From: an uncultured Candidatus Saccharibacteria bacterium
GTDB taxonomy: Bacteria; Patescibacteriota; Minisyncoccia; Phycocordibacterales; PALSA-1337
Length of the DNA stretch: 46,451 nucleotides
Assembly: GCA_964637485.1 (NCBI GenBank)
Contig: CAZWUU010000001.1
Coordinates: 1-46,451 of the forward strand
Reading direction: 5' to 3'
The position numbers were made by a program, and so were the translations under genes. A model generated the notes under the pieces. The model did not search any database. It was not told the origin of the DNA and saw only the letters and a program-made list of their open reading frames with translations. Positions 8,451-18,637 of this stretch are shown here, in pieces (the stretch's first letter is position 1; the number at the start of each line of letters is the position of its first letter).

Positions 8451-11400
8451 ATGCAAACAATCACAACAAAAAAAGCTACGGATCCTCAGCAATTCGATCT
8501 CGTAAAACTGTCGTTGGCGTCTCCTGAAAAGATTTTGGAATGGTCGTACGGTGAAGTCACGAAGCCAGAAACTATCAACTACAGAACACAGCGTTCAGAG
8601 AAGAGCGGTCTTTTCGATGAGAGAATATTCGGTCCAGATAGGGACTATGAGTGTTATTGCGGTAAATATCGCGGTATTCGTTATAAAGGTCTTGTATGCG
8701 AGAAGTGTGGAGTAGAAATCACTCGATCTATTGTTCGCAGAGAGAGAATGGGACACATAGAACTAGCATCTCCGGTTGCACATATCTGGTTTCTTAGATC
8801 AGTTCCATCACGTATAGGTCTCATACTCGGCATGACTACGTCAGATCTGGAAAAGGTCGTATATTTCGCTGGATACATTGTCACAAAAGTTCAGGAAGGG
8901 GAAAAGACAAAATTCCTAAAAGAGCTTGATGCGGAATATAAGAACAAGGTTAAGACCTCTCAAGACGATAAGACGAAAGAAGCGTTGAAGGAACTCATGC
9001 TCAATGCTCGTAGAGAGATCGAATCGATTGTTCCAGGCTTTGTCATGGATGAAGTTACATATCATAAGTACGCAGTGAAATACGGTGCATTTTTCGAAGC
9101 ATCCATAGGAGCCGAGGCCATATTCGATCTTCTTAAAAAGATTGATCTGGAAAAATTGAAAGTTGAATTGGACAAGGCCTATAGCGAGGCTGGTTCAGCA
9201 GACAGCGAAAAAATCTCAAAGAGATTGTCGCTGGTAAAGCAGATGATAAAGGCAAAAGTGAGACCAGAATGGATGTTCCTCATAAGAATACCAGTCATTC
9301 CTCCTGGCTTGCGTCCTATGGTTGCTCTCGACGGCGGTCGCTATGCGACATCAGATGTGAATGATTTGTACAGGCGCGTCATAAACCGCAATAATCGTCT
9401 ATTGAAACTGAAGGAGATCAACGCTCCGGAAGTCATCCTTCGCAATGAAAAAAGAATATTGCAGGAAGCAGTCGATGCTCTGGTAGATAACAGCATAAGA
9501 CACAGCTCATCTGCTGGTGCCGCTGCTCTCGCTCGGGAAAAGAGAGCTCTGAAATCATTGTCAGATTCTTTGAAATCAAAGAGAGGTCTCTTCAGACAAA
9601 ACCTGCTCGGTAAGCGCGTTGATTATTCAGGCCGATCAGTCATCGTCGTCGGACCAGAACTCAAGCTCAATGAATGCGGTCTGCCGAAGCATATGGCGCT
9701 CGAACTATTCAGACCTTTCGTTATTTCCGGATTGCTCAAGAGAGAATTGGCTTACAACATAAGAGGAGCAAATAGACTCATAGATGATGGTGCAAAGGAA
9801 GTATGGGAAATATTGGAGGAAGTCATAAAAGGCAAGTATGTGCTTCTAAACCGAGCACCTACACTTCACCGCCTAGGCATACAGGCATTTATGCCGGTGT
9901 TAATAGAAGGTAATGCTATCCAAGTCCACCCACTCGTATGTACCGCTTTTAACGCAGACTTCGATGGAGACCAGATGGCAGTGCATGTGCCACTTTCTGA
10001 AGAAGCACAAATGGAGGCAAAGGAAATAATGGCATCAGACAAAAATATTTTGAAGCCTGGTAACAATGATCCGACCGTTGCAGCGAAGATGCTAGACATA
10101 GTACTCGGCTGTTTCTGGGTCACAAAGATGGTTCCTGGCGCCAAGGGTGAGGGTAAAATATTCGAATCACCGGATTCAGCCATTCTGGCCAATTCATTCA
10201 AGGATGTGGATCTTCGCGCAAAGATAAAGGTTATGGCTCCTGAAAATGCAAAATACAAAGCGTTTTCTGGTAAGGTTTTCGAGACAACTGTAGGACGAAT
10301 ATTGTTCAATGACGTTCTGCCGGAAGATTATGCATTTATAAACGATGAAGTTGGCAGAAAAAAATTGTCTGCTATCGTCGATGACATGATCACCTTGTAT
10401 GGAGCTGACAACATTGCTCCGATATTGGATAGAGTGAAGACCTTCGGTTTCGGATATGCCACGTACTCTGGTACTACATGGGGCATAGACGATATCGTGA
10501 TACCGGAGTCAAAATATGAAATCATAAAACAAGCCAAGTCTAAGGCGGACACCGTATCCAATCAGTTTAATGAAGGCTTGCTGACTGAAGAAGAAAGGAT
10601 TAGGAAAAATGTCGAGATTTGGCAACATGCAAAGAGTGAAGTCGAGAAGTCTATACCTGCATCGCTAGATAAAATGGGATCTGTATACGACATGGTCACG
10701 TCAGGAGCCAGAGGATCTCTTTCTCAGATCACTATAATGGCTGGCATGAAGGGACTTATTGCATCAGTTTCCGGAGAGACTATCGAGTTCCCTGTATTGT
10801 CATGTGCAAAGGAAGGTCTGACTCCGATCGAATATTTCATCACCACGCACGGTTCAAGAAAAGGTCTAACAGATACAGCCCTAAACACTGCCAAGGCTGG
10901 TTATCTCACCAGAAAGCTATTCGTGGTTGCACAAGATGTTGTCGTTTCAGAGGATGATTGTGGAACAAAAGATTCTATAACCATACGCAAAACCACAGCT
11001 TCAGGTATGACTATCCCTCTATCAAAGAATATACGAGGAAGGATCATTGCTGACGATCTCATTGATGCTGACGGTAAAGTGCTGTTTAAGAAAGGCCATC
11101 TGCTATCTAAGAAGGATGCTCAAGCCGTAGAAGATGCAGGCATCGCTGAAGTCAAGGTCAGGTCACCTCTAGCATGTAAGACTGTCAGAGGAGTTTGTTC
11201 CAAGTGTTACGGATTGGATCTGGGTAGAAACAAGCTTGTCGGACTTGGAGAAGCGGTGGGTACGATAGCGGCACAAGCGATCGGCGAACCTGGAACTCAG
11301 CTCACCATGAGAACATTCCACGCCGGTGGTGCTGCGTCAGCAGGTGGAGATATCACTATGGGTCTCCCTCGTGTCGAAGAAGTCTTCGAAAAGAGAAGGC

Positions 11401-12128
11401 CAAAGATCCCGGCTGTTGTTGCAACAGTTGACGGCATTGTCACAGAAGTGAAAGATATGGGCAAAGAAAAAGTTATTCGTGTCATTCCGGAGCTTGAAGA
11501 CAGAGGAAAGAAAGCTTCAGAAGTCGAATACATTTTCTCATATAGAAGATCTATATTGGCCAAGGTTGGTGACCGTGTCAAAAAGGGCGATCTTCTCACA
11601 GATGGATCTGCTGATATTGATGAAGTCTTCCAATATGGAGGTGAAGAAAGAGCAAAAGATTATGTCATCACCGAAGTTGGAAAGATATATGAACTTCAAG
11701 GTGAAACGGTGTCGCGAAAGCACATCGAGCTTATCGTGAAGCAAATGTTCTCAAGACGAAGGGTCGTGGAGGCTGGCGATACAAATCTTACAGAAGGAAT
11801 GGTCGTCGATGATATACAGTTGTCTGAGGAGAATGCTTTAGCTAAAAATACGGGAGGGGAGCCGGCTAAGGTAGAAAAGATCGTCATGGGTATCACAGAG
11901 ACTTCGTTGTCGAGAAAGAGCTTCTTGTCTGCCGCTTCATTCCAGCACACTACTCGAGTTCTAATAGCAAATGCAGTGAGAGGTGCTTCGGACGATTTGT
12001 CCGGCCTCATGGAAAACGTCATTATCGGCCGACTTGTTCCTGCCGGATCAGGCTACGAAGGATCTCCAAAGAAAGCCTTGATAAGAGAGAAGCTCGGTAT
12101 CGTAGATAATGGGGAGGAAACAGAGTAA
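8451..12128 (+). CDS. rpoC: DNA-directed RNA polymerase subunit beta'
   Basis: Zinc-binding CYCGKY...CEKCGVE, catalytic NADFDGDQMAVH, and the bridge/trigger region. Confidence 0.98.
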   Translation: MQTITTKKATDPQQFDLVKLSLASPEKILEWSYGEVTKPETINYRTQRSEKSGLFDERIFGPDRDYECYCGKYRGIRYKGLVCEKCGVEITRSIVRRERMGHIELASPVAHIWFLRSVPSRIGLILGMTTSDLEKVVYFAGYIVTKVQEGEKTKFLKELDAEYKNKVKTSQDDKTKEALKELMLNARREIESIVPGFVMDEVTYHKYAVKYGAFFEASIGAEAIFDLLKKIDLEKLKVELDKAYSEAGSADSEKISKRLSLVKQMIKAKVRPEWMFLIRIPVIPPGLRPMVALDGGRYATSDVNDLYRRVINRNNRLLKLKEINAPEVILRNEKRILQEAVDALVDNSIRHSSSAGAAALAREKRALKSLSDSLKSKRGLFRQNLLGKRVDYSGRSVIVVGPELKLNECGLPKHMALELFRPFVISGLLKRELAYNIRGANRLIDDGAKEVWEILEEVIKGKYVLLNRAPTLHRLGIQAFMPVLIEGNAIQVHPLVCTAFNADFDGDQMAVHVPLSEEAQMEAKEIMASDKNILKPGNNDPTVAAKMLDIVLGCFWVTKMVPGAKGEGKIFESPDSAILANSFKDVDLRAKIKVMAPENAKYKAFSGKVFETTVGRILFNDVLPEDYAFINDEVGRKKLSAIVDDMITLYGADNIAPILDRVKTFGFGYATYSGTTWGIDDIVIPESKYEIIKQAKSKADTVSNQFNEGLLTEEERIRKNVEIWQHAKSEVEKSIPASLDKMGSVYDMVTSGARGSLSQITIMAGMKGLIASVSGETIEFPVLSCAKEGLTPIEYFITTHGSRKGLTDTALNTAKAGYLTRKLFVVAQDVVVSEDDCGTKDSITIRKTTASGMTIPLSKNIRGRIIADDLIDADGKVLFKKGHLLSKKDAQAVEDAGIAEVKVRSPLACKTVRGVCSKCYGLDLGRNKLVGLGEAVGTIAAQAIGEPGTQLTMRTFHAGGAASAGGDITMGLPRVEEVFEKRRPKIPAVVATVDGIVTEVKDMGKEKVIRVIPELEDRGKKASEVEYIFSYRRSILAKVGDRVKKGDLLTDGSADIDEVFQYGGEERAKDYVITEVGKIYELQGETVSRKHIELIVKQMFSRRRVVEAGDTNLTEGMVVDDIQLSEENALAKNTGGEPAKVEKIVMGITETSLSRKSFLSAASFQHTTRVLIANAVRGASDDLSGLMENVIIGRLVPAGSGYEGSPKKALIREKLGIVDNGEETE

Positions 12129-12149
12129 TTGCTTCCTTTATTGAAATTT

Positions 12150-12181
12150 ATGATAGGTGCCCCGTAAGGGGCATTTATCAT
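12150..12181 (+). other. 14-bp stem-loop with GTAA tetraloop right after rpoC (terminator or processing hairpin; no T-tract)
   Basis: atgataggtgcccc-gtaa-ggggcatttatcat (two G-U pairs). It is followed by aaaatg, so it is not a canonical intrinsic terminator. Confidence 0.4.
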
Positions 12182-12202
12182 AAAATGATATATAATGCGA
12201 GC

Positions 12203-13966
12203 ATGAACAGAAATACAGTCGAAGAAATCAAGTCCAGATTGACCATAGACGAAGTCATCGGTTCATACATAAAGATCGAAAAGGCTGGAAAAGCATACAA
12301 GGCGAAATGCCCGTTTCATAATGAGAAAACAGCATCTTTTTTCATCTCTCCAGACCGAGGAGGCTATTATTGTTTTGGCTGTGGAGCTAAAGGTGACATG
12401 TTTTCATTCGTCGAACAATTCGAAGGGCTTGATTTCAAGGGGACATTAAAGGTTCTCGCAGATCGTGCAGGTGTCGAAATCCGCTTCGAGTCGAAAAGTG
12501 CGAACGATTCCGAGAAGGACAAACTATTTGGTCTCATGGAAGATGCTACAAAGTATTACGAATCTGAGTTGAATAAGTCCGCAGAAGCCAAGAATTACTT
12601 GCTGAAACGCGGATTGAAGGAACAGACGATCAAGGATTTTCGTATCGGCTTTGCTCCTCAGGGTTGGAGAAACCTCCACGATCATTTGCTATATAAGAAA
12701 TATCCGGTTTCACTTTTGGATAAGGCAGGACTAATAAAAAAGGCCGAAGAAAAAAAGGATTCGTTTTACGATAGATTTAGAGGCCGAGTCATGTTTCCTA
12801 TAGCTGACAGCTCGGGAAGAATCATAGCTTTTTCCGGTAGAATATTAGTTGATGATGGAAAGTCAGCAAAATATATAAATTCTCCTGAAACCCCGCTGTT
12901 CGATAAATCAGGAGTAATGTTCGGTTTAGACAGGGCTAAGAGTTATATTCGTCGCCAGGATTATTCTATTTTGGTCGAAGGGCAGATGGATCTTATAATG
13001 TCTCATCAGGCGGGGGTGCGAAATACTGTTGCTTCATCCGGCACAGCTCTTACTGATTCTACAGTGACCAGAGATGGCATAGTCAATAATCTAGGCGTTG
13101 TTCGTCGTCTCTCGAAAAATATAATTATTGCCTTCGATTCAGATAGTGCTGGCAGAAAGGCGGCTATGAGAGCTGCGGGTATAGCTCTATCTATAGGAAT
13201 GGACGTGAAAATTGCAGAAATAACCGGTGGTAAGGACCCCGCTGACCTGGTTTTAAACGATCCCGAGGAATGGAAAAACACTTTGCGTAAAGCGATGCCG
13301 GTGATCGAGTTCGAGCTCAATAATGTATTAAGAGATACTAAGGACAAAAGACAACTCTCAAAATCTGTTTACGATAGGGTTTATCCATACGTTGCCGTCT
13401 TGGATGGGCAGACAATCAAGGCCTATTACGTGCGTATGATCTCAGAGAAGATACATGTTTCTGAAAATGCAGTTTGGGATGATCTAAAATCAGTAGAAAA
13501 AAAGATTCACGCTGAAAATACGGGATCAACGAATGGAAGAGATAATGGGACCGGTAGTCCGGCAAATAAGGTAAGCAGATTGGATCTTATCGAGAGAAGA
13601 CTGTTCGGTTTTTTGGAAATACTTCGTAATGATGACAAGGTTTCTTATGATGAATATATCGACAAGGTAAAGAAAATCGCCGATTCGAAATTCGACGAAA
13701 TAAAATCAAAGACAGACAACATACTATCGGAACTGGTTTTTGAAGCTGAAGTATTTTATGGTACCCAGAAAAATAATAGAAAATACATAATGGACGAGCT
13801 CATCCTCGCCTTCGAGGAGGATATGGTAAATGTTGAATTGTTAGCTACCATGGTCGAACTTAGAGAGATGGAAAAACAAGGAAATAACGACAAGGTCGCG
13901 GAATTGGCCAAAAAGTGTCAAATACTTTCAATGAGAAAGGCTGATATTGCCAAACTAAGGCATTAA
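12203..13966 (+). CDS. dnaG: DNA primase
   Basis: CHC2 zinc finger CPFHNEKTASFFISPDRGGYYCFGCGAKGD and TOPRIM EGQMDL/DSDSAG. The start is trimmed to ATG 12203 (MNRNTVEEIK), which lies 6 nt after TATAAT 12191-12196. Confidence 0.93.
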   Translation: MNRNTVEEIKSRLTIDEVIGSYIKIEKAGKAYKAKCPFHNEKTASFFISPDRGGYYCFGCGAKGDMFSFVEQFEGLDFKGTLKVLADRAGVEIRFESKSANDSEKDKLFGLMEDATKYYESELNKSAEAKNYLLKRGLKEQTIKDFRIGFAPQGWRNLHDHLLYKKYPVSLLDKAGLIKKAEEKKDSFYDRFRGRVMFPIADSSGRIIAFSGRILVDDGKSAKYINSPETPLFDKSGVMFGLDRAKSYIRRQDYSILVEGQMDLIMSHQAGVRNTVASSGTALTDSTVTRDGIVNNLGVVRRLSKNIIIAFDSDSAGRKAAMRAAGIALSIGMDVKIAEITGGKDPADLVLNDPEEWKNTLRKAMPVIEFELNNVLRDTKDKRQLSKSVYDRVYPYVAVLDGQTIKAYYVRMISEKIHVSENAVWDDLKSVEKKIHAENTGSTNGRDNGTGSPANKVSRLDLIERRLFGFLEILRNDDKVSYDEYIDKVKKIADSKFDEIKSKTDNILSELVFEAEVFYGTQKNNRKYIMDELILAFEEDMVNVELLATMVELREMEKQGNNDKVAELAKKCQILSMRKADIAKLRH

Positions 13967-14004
13967 TGAGCTAATGCTCTAAATAGTGCACCAAAACGCG
14001 CAAG

Positions 14005-14033
14005 TTGCGCGTATTATACTTCTACATTAGAAT
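14005..14033 (+). promoter_or_regulatory. Candidate internal promoter for rpoD
   Basis: TTGCGC-17 nt-TAGAAT, 20 nt upstream of ATG 14054. The -35 element overlaps a small acgcgc/gcgcgt hairpin. Confidence 0.4.
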
Positions 14034-14053
14034 ACTCATCCAACAATATTTAT

Positions 14054-15295
14054 ATGCCAAAACATAAGAAGAATAGCAAGAAGAGCGCCTCAAGCCAGAA
14101 AAGTAAGCATAAGCACGGTAATAAAAAGAATAATAATGTCAGAAAGGCTTCTAAGAAGTCTGGAAAGCCTAATAAGGCGCAGAAGAAGGTGGTTAAGGAT
14201 CCGAAGCTCAGCAAACAAGCCAAGCTCTTTGAGATGAAATCAAACGCACTCATTCAGAAGGGTCGCGATCGCGGTTTCGTGACATACGATGAGATACTGA
14301 AGGAATTTCCACAAATCGAGGACGACATTGCCTTTCTCGATGAATTGTATACAAAATTATCGACGGCCAATGTCGATATTTTGGAAGGTGGTGGTATTTT
14401 AGAAGTTGAGGACCTGAAGGATAAGAAGGGTGTGCCGGCATACTCTAGAGGTTCAGATTCCGCCTACGACTCCATTCAGATGTATCTCAAGGAGATCGGT
14501 CAATACCCCCTCATCAATGCTGCAAAGGAAAAGGAGCTGGCCAAAAGAATCCAGAACGGCGATATGGAGGCAAAAAATCTTCTGGCTAAAGCCAATCTTC
14601 GTCTCGTGGTATCAATAGCTAAAAAATATGTCGGCCGAAGCCCTGATTTGACTCTTCTGGACCTAATTCAAGAGGGTAATCTCGGCTTGTTCCGAGCAGT
14701 CGATAAGTTTGACTGGACGAAAGGATATAAGTTTTCAACCTATGCTACTTGGTGGATAAGGCAAGCGATCACACGTGCTCTCGCTGACCAGTCCAGAACG
14801 ATTCGTGTGCCCGTGCACATGGTAGAGACGATAGCAAAATACAAACAGGTGGTGAGACGCCTGTCGCAGGAATTGGGCAGGGAGCCACTACCGGATGAAA
14901 TTGCCACGGAGATGGGTATGGAAGTCGAGAAGATATATCAGATTGAAAAGATAGAGCAGGCAGTTGTCTCTCTCGAGCAACCGGTCGGGGAAGATAGTGA
15001 TGATAGCAAATCTACTCTTCAGGACTTCATTGCTGATGATAAGATATTGTCGCCGGACCAGGAATCGTCGAGAAGGATATTGCGAGATCAGGTCAATACT
15101 ATATTGAACGATTTGTCAGAAAAGGAACGTAAAATATTGGAGATGAGACATGGTCTTAACGATGGTATTACACATACGCTCGAGGAGGTGGGTAAGGAGT
15201 TCGGCGTGACACGTGAACGCATAAGACAAATAGAAGCTAAGGCACACGAGAAAATCAGACAGCACGATCAGGCAAACAGGCTGAAAAACTATTGA
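14054..15295 (+). CDS. rpoD: Primary RNA polymerase sigma factor (sigma-70 family) with a highly basic N-terminal region
   Basis: Regions 2-4 are present ([64 protein letters not shown]). The first ~60 aa are Lys-rich. Confidence 0.95.
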   Translation: MPKHKKNSKKSASSQKSKHKHGNKKNNNVRKASKKSGKPNKAQKKVVKDPKLSKQAKLFEMKSNALIQKGRDRGFVTYDEILKEFPQIEDDIAFLDELYTKLSTANVDILEGGGILEVEDLKDKKGVPAYSRGSDSAYDSIQMYLKEIGQYPLINAAKEKELAKRIQNGDMEAKNLLAKANLRLVVSIAKKYVGRSPDLTLLDLIQEGNLGLFRAVDKFDWTKGYKFSTYATWWIRQAITRALADQSRTIRVPVHMVETIAKYKQVVRRLSQELGREPLPDEIATEMGMEVEKIYQIEKIEQAVVSLEQPVGEDSDDSKSTLQDFIADDKILSPDQESSRRILRDQVNTILNDLSEKERKILEMRHGLNDGITHTLEEVGKEFGVTRERIRQIEAKAHEKIRQHDQANRLKNY

Positions 15296-15826
15296 TTATT
15301 TGGCGTATTTAATGGATGCCAATATCTGTAATGCTTCGATCATCACTTCGTCGGTGATTGATCTGTCGACATCGCTTGATACAAATATTGCTGCTCCTAT
15401 ACCAGAGTTATCATCCTTAGGCAGCAGGTAAAAAGACATTCCCGTAGTGGTGCCGACATGCCAGATATTTTTGCCTAGAACAACCTCGGTAGTCGATGCT
15501 TCGTTGTATGGATTGTACGTAGGTTTATAGTAATCTCCGATTTGGATCTTTACGATATCCTGAACAGTAACGGAGGTGACTATTTCTCCTGCTTCTGTGG
15601 TGGTGCTGGATTCAGATAGTTTGTACGGATATGCGATAAACAAGCAACATTTTCCATTCTTGAGATCGTCTCTCATGTCCCAGCCGTTAGGATATGATAT
15701 TCTGAATCCGAAATCAGTTTCCACATAGGATTTCCACGTCTGATTTCTCGAGTATCCGAAATAGCCCATGGCAACAATGAGGAGGAATGCACATATTCCA
15801 ATAATGATGCTTATATATTTATTCAT
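15296..15826 (-). CDS. Hypothetical membrane-anchored (probably exported) protein
   Basis: The start is trimmed to MNKYISIIIGICAFLLIVAMGYF (TM helix). It overlaps the stop of the upstream gene by 8 nt. I recognise no motif. Confidence 0.5.
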   Translation of the reverse strand: MNKYISIIIGICAFLLIVAMGYFGYSRNQTWKSYVETDFGFRISYPNGWDMRDDLKNGKCCLFIAYPYKLSESSTTTEAGEIVTSVTVQDIVKIQIGDYYKPTYNPYNEASTTEVVLGKNIWHVGTTTGMSFYLLPKDDNSGIGAAIFVSSDVDRSITDEVMIEALQILASIKYAK

Positions 15827-17321
15827 GGCCGTTAATCTTATCATACAAATGCTTCCAGATAGCATACATGGCATAGGTGTCCAATTCGCAGTACTTTTTT
15901 AGGTTTTCTTCAATTTCTTTTTTTACCTCTGCAGAAGTGTTTTCTTGTATCATTTCATTCCATTTCTGCGAAGCGGTCCCGCCCTCACGTATAGCCAACT
16001 TCTTATATGAAAGATTGGGTACTAGTACGGGAAGTACATCTTTTATGGATGTGCCACCTCTGAAATCTTTGTGTACATAGTATAGTTTTGTGAATACATC
16101 TCTCAGATCATATACTCGGGAATTAATGTCTTCTAGAAAGGCCTGATGGTCCGGGTGTCTTTTTGCGAGTTCTTTATTCCTCCCACATTCGAAAGGCTTA
16201 TACCAAACAATGACTGTTCCCGCATTGCCGATATGCTCTCTCATTTTAGCTAGAAAATGAGACCCCGGATCATCATTTCCAGTGTGTAGGAAATCGTAAT
16301 GTCGTGGAATGCTATCGGTCTCGTCCAATACATGTAGAGAATATTGGAAAGGTATATGAGTGTAAGGTGAATAGCCAGTGAATCTTGGTATGGCGCAAGC
16401 ATACGTCTCATAATCTAAGAAATAAATAGGGAAATGTATCTTATTTAGCTCATCTCTTATGTGATCTGTTCTTATGAGCGGTATCGGTCTTACTGATGCA
16501 TCTACCTGATGTCTCTGATTATCCGTTAATTCAAAATCCTCTGGGATCTCCTCAAGTTTGTATATATGAGAATCGATGAGTTCGGTGAGTTTCTTCTTAC
16601 CGATTCTGGTGATATCGTGAACTCCGTATTCCGGTATGCTGGGATTCGAATATGCAAAAGTGGTGCAGTGATTACTTCGTGTCTTGTAGAGACAACTGCA
16701 ACCGGCTTCATCATTATCCGTCGTAAGATATATCTTGGCTCGTTCCATTTCTGCTTCGATTTCTGGCATGATGGCGTTCACAGTCTCTTTGATGTCATCG
16801 ATTTTGAAGCACTGAGTAATATCCAATTCATTGCCACGAACATAATCAGAATTTAGGTACATTATGCATGTTTGTCCGACATTAATACCGAGTTTATTCA
16901 GAAGAATGACTTGAAATGCAAGATCGTGAGGGTGCCAGTCCTTCTTTATTTCACTAGATGCTTTGATCTCAATAACGTCGTAGCAAGAATTTTTCTCATC
17001 GTATTTCATCACGTCTATAGCCGCCATAAATCCCTGGGTTGAAAATACCGCTTGAAATATTGTCGGCTCATGAGATTTTATGAGCAATTGTGTTTGCTCT
17101 ATGCCATATTCGTCTCGATTTTCTATCAGCTTGCCAGTAGGAAAGAGTTTTCGAGCCTGATTCTCGACATCTATTCCATTGTCGATGATTGCCTTATCGA
17201 AATCACTCATCGGTTCGGCGTAAAAAATCTCTGGCCTGTGTTTTTTGAGCCAGGCATTTTTCGGACATTCCCGATACAGAAGAAAATCAGTTTTTGATAC
17301 TATTGGTGGTTGTGCCGACAT
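15819..17321 (-). CDS. DUF2779-family protein (N-terminal PD-(D/E)XK Cas4-like nuclease plus RNase H-like domain)
   Basis: SKTDFLLYRECPKNAWL N-terminus, D..EIK motif, Cys cluster GCSCLYKTRSNHC, and YFLDYETYACAIPRF...IPFQYSLH typical of DUF2779. Confidence 0.72.
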   Translation of the reverse strand: MSAQPPIVSKTDFLLYRECPKNAWLKKHRPEIFYAEPMSDFDKAIIDNGIDVENQARKLFPTGKLIENRDEYGIEQTQLLIKSHEPTIFQAVFSTQGFMAAIDVMKYDEKNSCYDVIEIKASSEIKKDWHPHDLAFQVILLNKLGINVGQTCIMYLNSDYVRGNELDITQCFKIDDIKETVNAIMPEIEAEMERAKIYLTTDNDEAGCSCLYKTRSNHCTTFAYSNPSIPEYGVHDITRIGKKKLTELIDSHIYKLEEIPEDFELTDNQRHQVDASVRPIPLIRTDHIRDELNKIHFPIYFLDYETYACAIPRFTGYSPYTHIPFQYSLHVLDETDSIPRHYDFLHTGNDDPGSHFLAKMREHIGNAGTVIVWYKPFECGRNKELAKRHPDHQAFLEDINSRVYDLRDVFTKLYYVHKDFRGGTSIKDVLPVLVPNLSYKKLAIREGGTASQKWNEMIQENTSAEVKKEIEENLKKYCELDTYAMYAIWKHLYDKINGHE

Positions 17322-18042
17322 TTAAGAGTGTATCTATCGTTGCCTTTAAGGTCCCGAATGTTTGAAGTCCTATTAGCGCTATCTGGCTGTTTGAGGGCGT
17401 GACAACGATGGTAAGTGGGGTTCCGTTGATCCCTAGATCCAGTGCTTCATCATATGCGCGCTCTATCCTATCTCTATATCTGCCTACAGACATGCATTCG
17501 TTGAAAGCTACGATATCCAATCCGATGTCTTTTGCTATTCCATCCAGAACTTTTCTATCTTCTTCCTTGGGTCTTGTCGCATCATTCTCATTAAAAAGAG
17601 AGAACCACTTCTTCTCGAAGTCAAAGAATGCTTTATTGCCCCCTAGTCCAGCCGCACATTCGAGGGCTTCTGCTTGCATGAGGGAATTGGGATGAGGAAC
17701 TGAGCCGTTTATGGGTCGAAAGAGCGGAAAATGTCTATAAACCCAGGCAACTTTTCCTTCAGGTCCGTATGTATCCATTATGGATACGAGGGTAGAATTA
17801 TAAACCTTGCAGAACGGACACGATAAATCAGAATACTCTATCAATTTAATGGGCGCATTCGGATTACCCAAAATATGATCATTTGCGGTGACGGCCGGCA
17901 CAAGCGGGCTCACATCAACCACGGATGGTTTGGAGTCTTTCTTTACGGGTTTATTTATGAGTATTATAGATACCGCTATTAATGCCCCTGCAATAATCAC
18001 GGCACTAGGAAGCGATAGAGCTCCGCGATGTTTGTTAATCAT
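17287..18042 (-). CDS. DsbA/thioredoxin-fold thiol:disulfide oxidoreductase, membrane-anchored
   Basis: CPFC active-site motif after an N-terminal TM helix (LPSAVIIAGALIAVSIILI). DsbA-like length. Confidence 0.75.
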   Translation of the reverse strand: MINKHRGALSLPSAVIIAGALIAVSIILINKPVKKDSKPSVVDVSPLVPAVTANDHILGNPNAPIKLIEYSDLSCPFCKVYNSTLVSIMDTYGPEGKVAWVYRHFPLFRPINGSVPHPNSLMQAEALECAAGLGGNKAFFDFEKKWFSLFNENDATRPKEEDRKVLDGIAKDIGLDIVAFNECMSVGRYRDRIERAYDEALDLGINGTPLTIVVTPSNSQIALIGLQTFGTLKATIDTLLNVGTTTNSIKN

Positions 18043-18056
18043 ATGCTAATTATATA

Positions 18057-18632
18057 CTAAAAAGGCAGTGTGAAAGTAAGAGATGAAGCCGGAGTTATAA
18101 GCCATGAATCAGTATTCAATCTCAGCTCTTTTATCTGGGTACCATCTCTGTATTTTATCGACTTATTCTTGAGGGCATAATCAAATACTTCGCGAGTGAT
18201 TCGTACATCGTCAAGGCAATATTTAAGGATCTTGTCTATTTCACCATTTTTCCACCACGTCACAGCATCAAGACCGTTACCAGACTTTTGTACTCCGAGT
18301 GTTGCCTGAGCTACAGTATCTAGTTTTAGTCTTCGGCCCAGTGCGTCATAAACCGCTTTCATGAGATCGATACTCTTTATTTTGGTAAGGTCTCCTGGAT
18401 AATATTTATCTAGTAGAGGAATATCGAAATGATCACCATTCCAGGTAACTATTGCATCGGCGTTTTCAAGAATTGGCCACAGATTTTTTAACTCATTTTC
18501 AGTGAAGGCCATACATTCACCTGTGTTCGAATCGTGGATGCCGACTACAGAAATATCCAGAGATTTCGGATCGTTCGAGCCAATATCCTGAAAAATATTC
18601 TGGGTTTCTAAATCCAAAGTGATTACGCGCAT
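18057..18632 (-). CDS. DEDD-type 3'-5' exonuclease / RNase H-like domain protein
   Basis: ITLDLETQN (ExoI), WNGDHFDIPLL (ExoII) and YCLDDVRITREV (ExoIII). Confidence 0.7.
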   Translation of the reverse strand: MRVITLDLETQNIFQDIGSNDPKSLDISVVGIHDSNTGECMAFTENELKNLWPILENADAIVTWNGDHFDIPLLDKYYPGDLTKIKSIDLMKAVYDALGRRLKLDTVAQATLGVQKSGNGLDAVTWWKNGEIDKILKYCLDDVRITREVFDYALKNKSIKYRDGTQIKELRLNTDSWLITPASSLTFTLPF

Positions 18633-18637
18633 TGGTA

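Noticed and set aside
5551-12022. Many 60-190-aa minus-strand ORFs inside rpoB and rpoC
   Set aside because: All are antisense to strongly conserved polymerase genes and have no recognisable motifs or promoter context. They are typical shadow frames.
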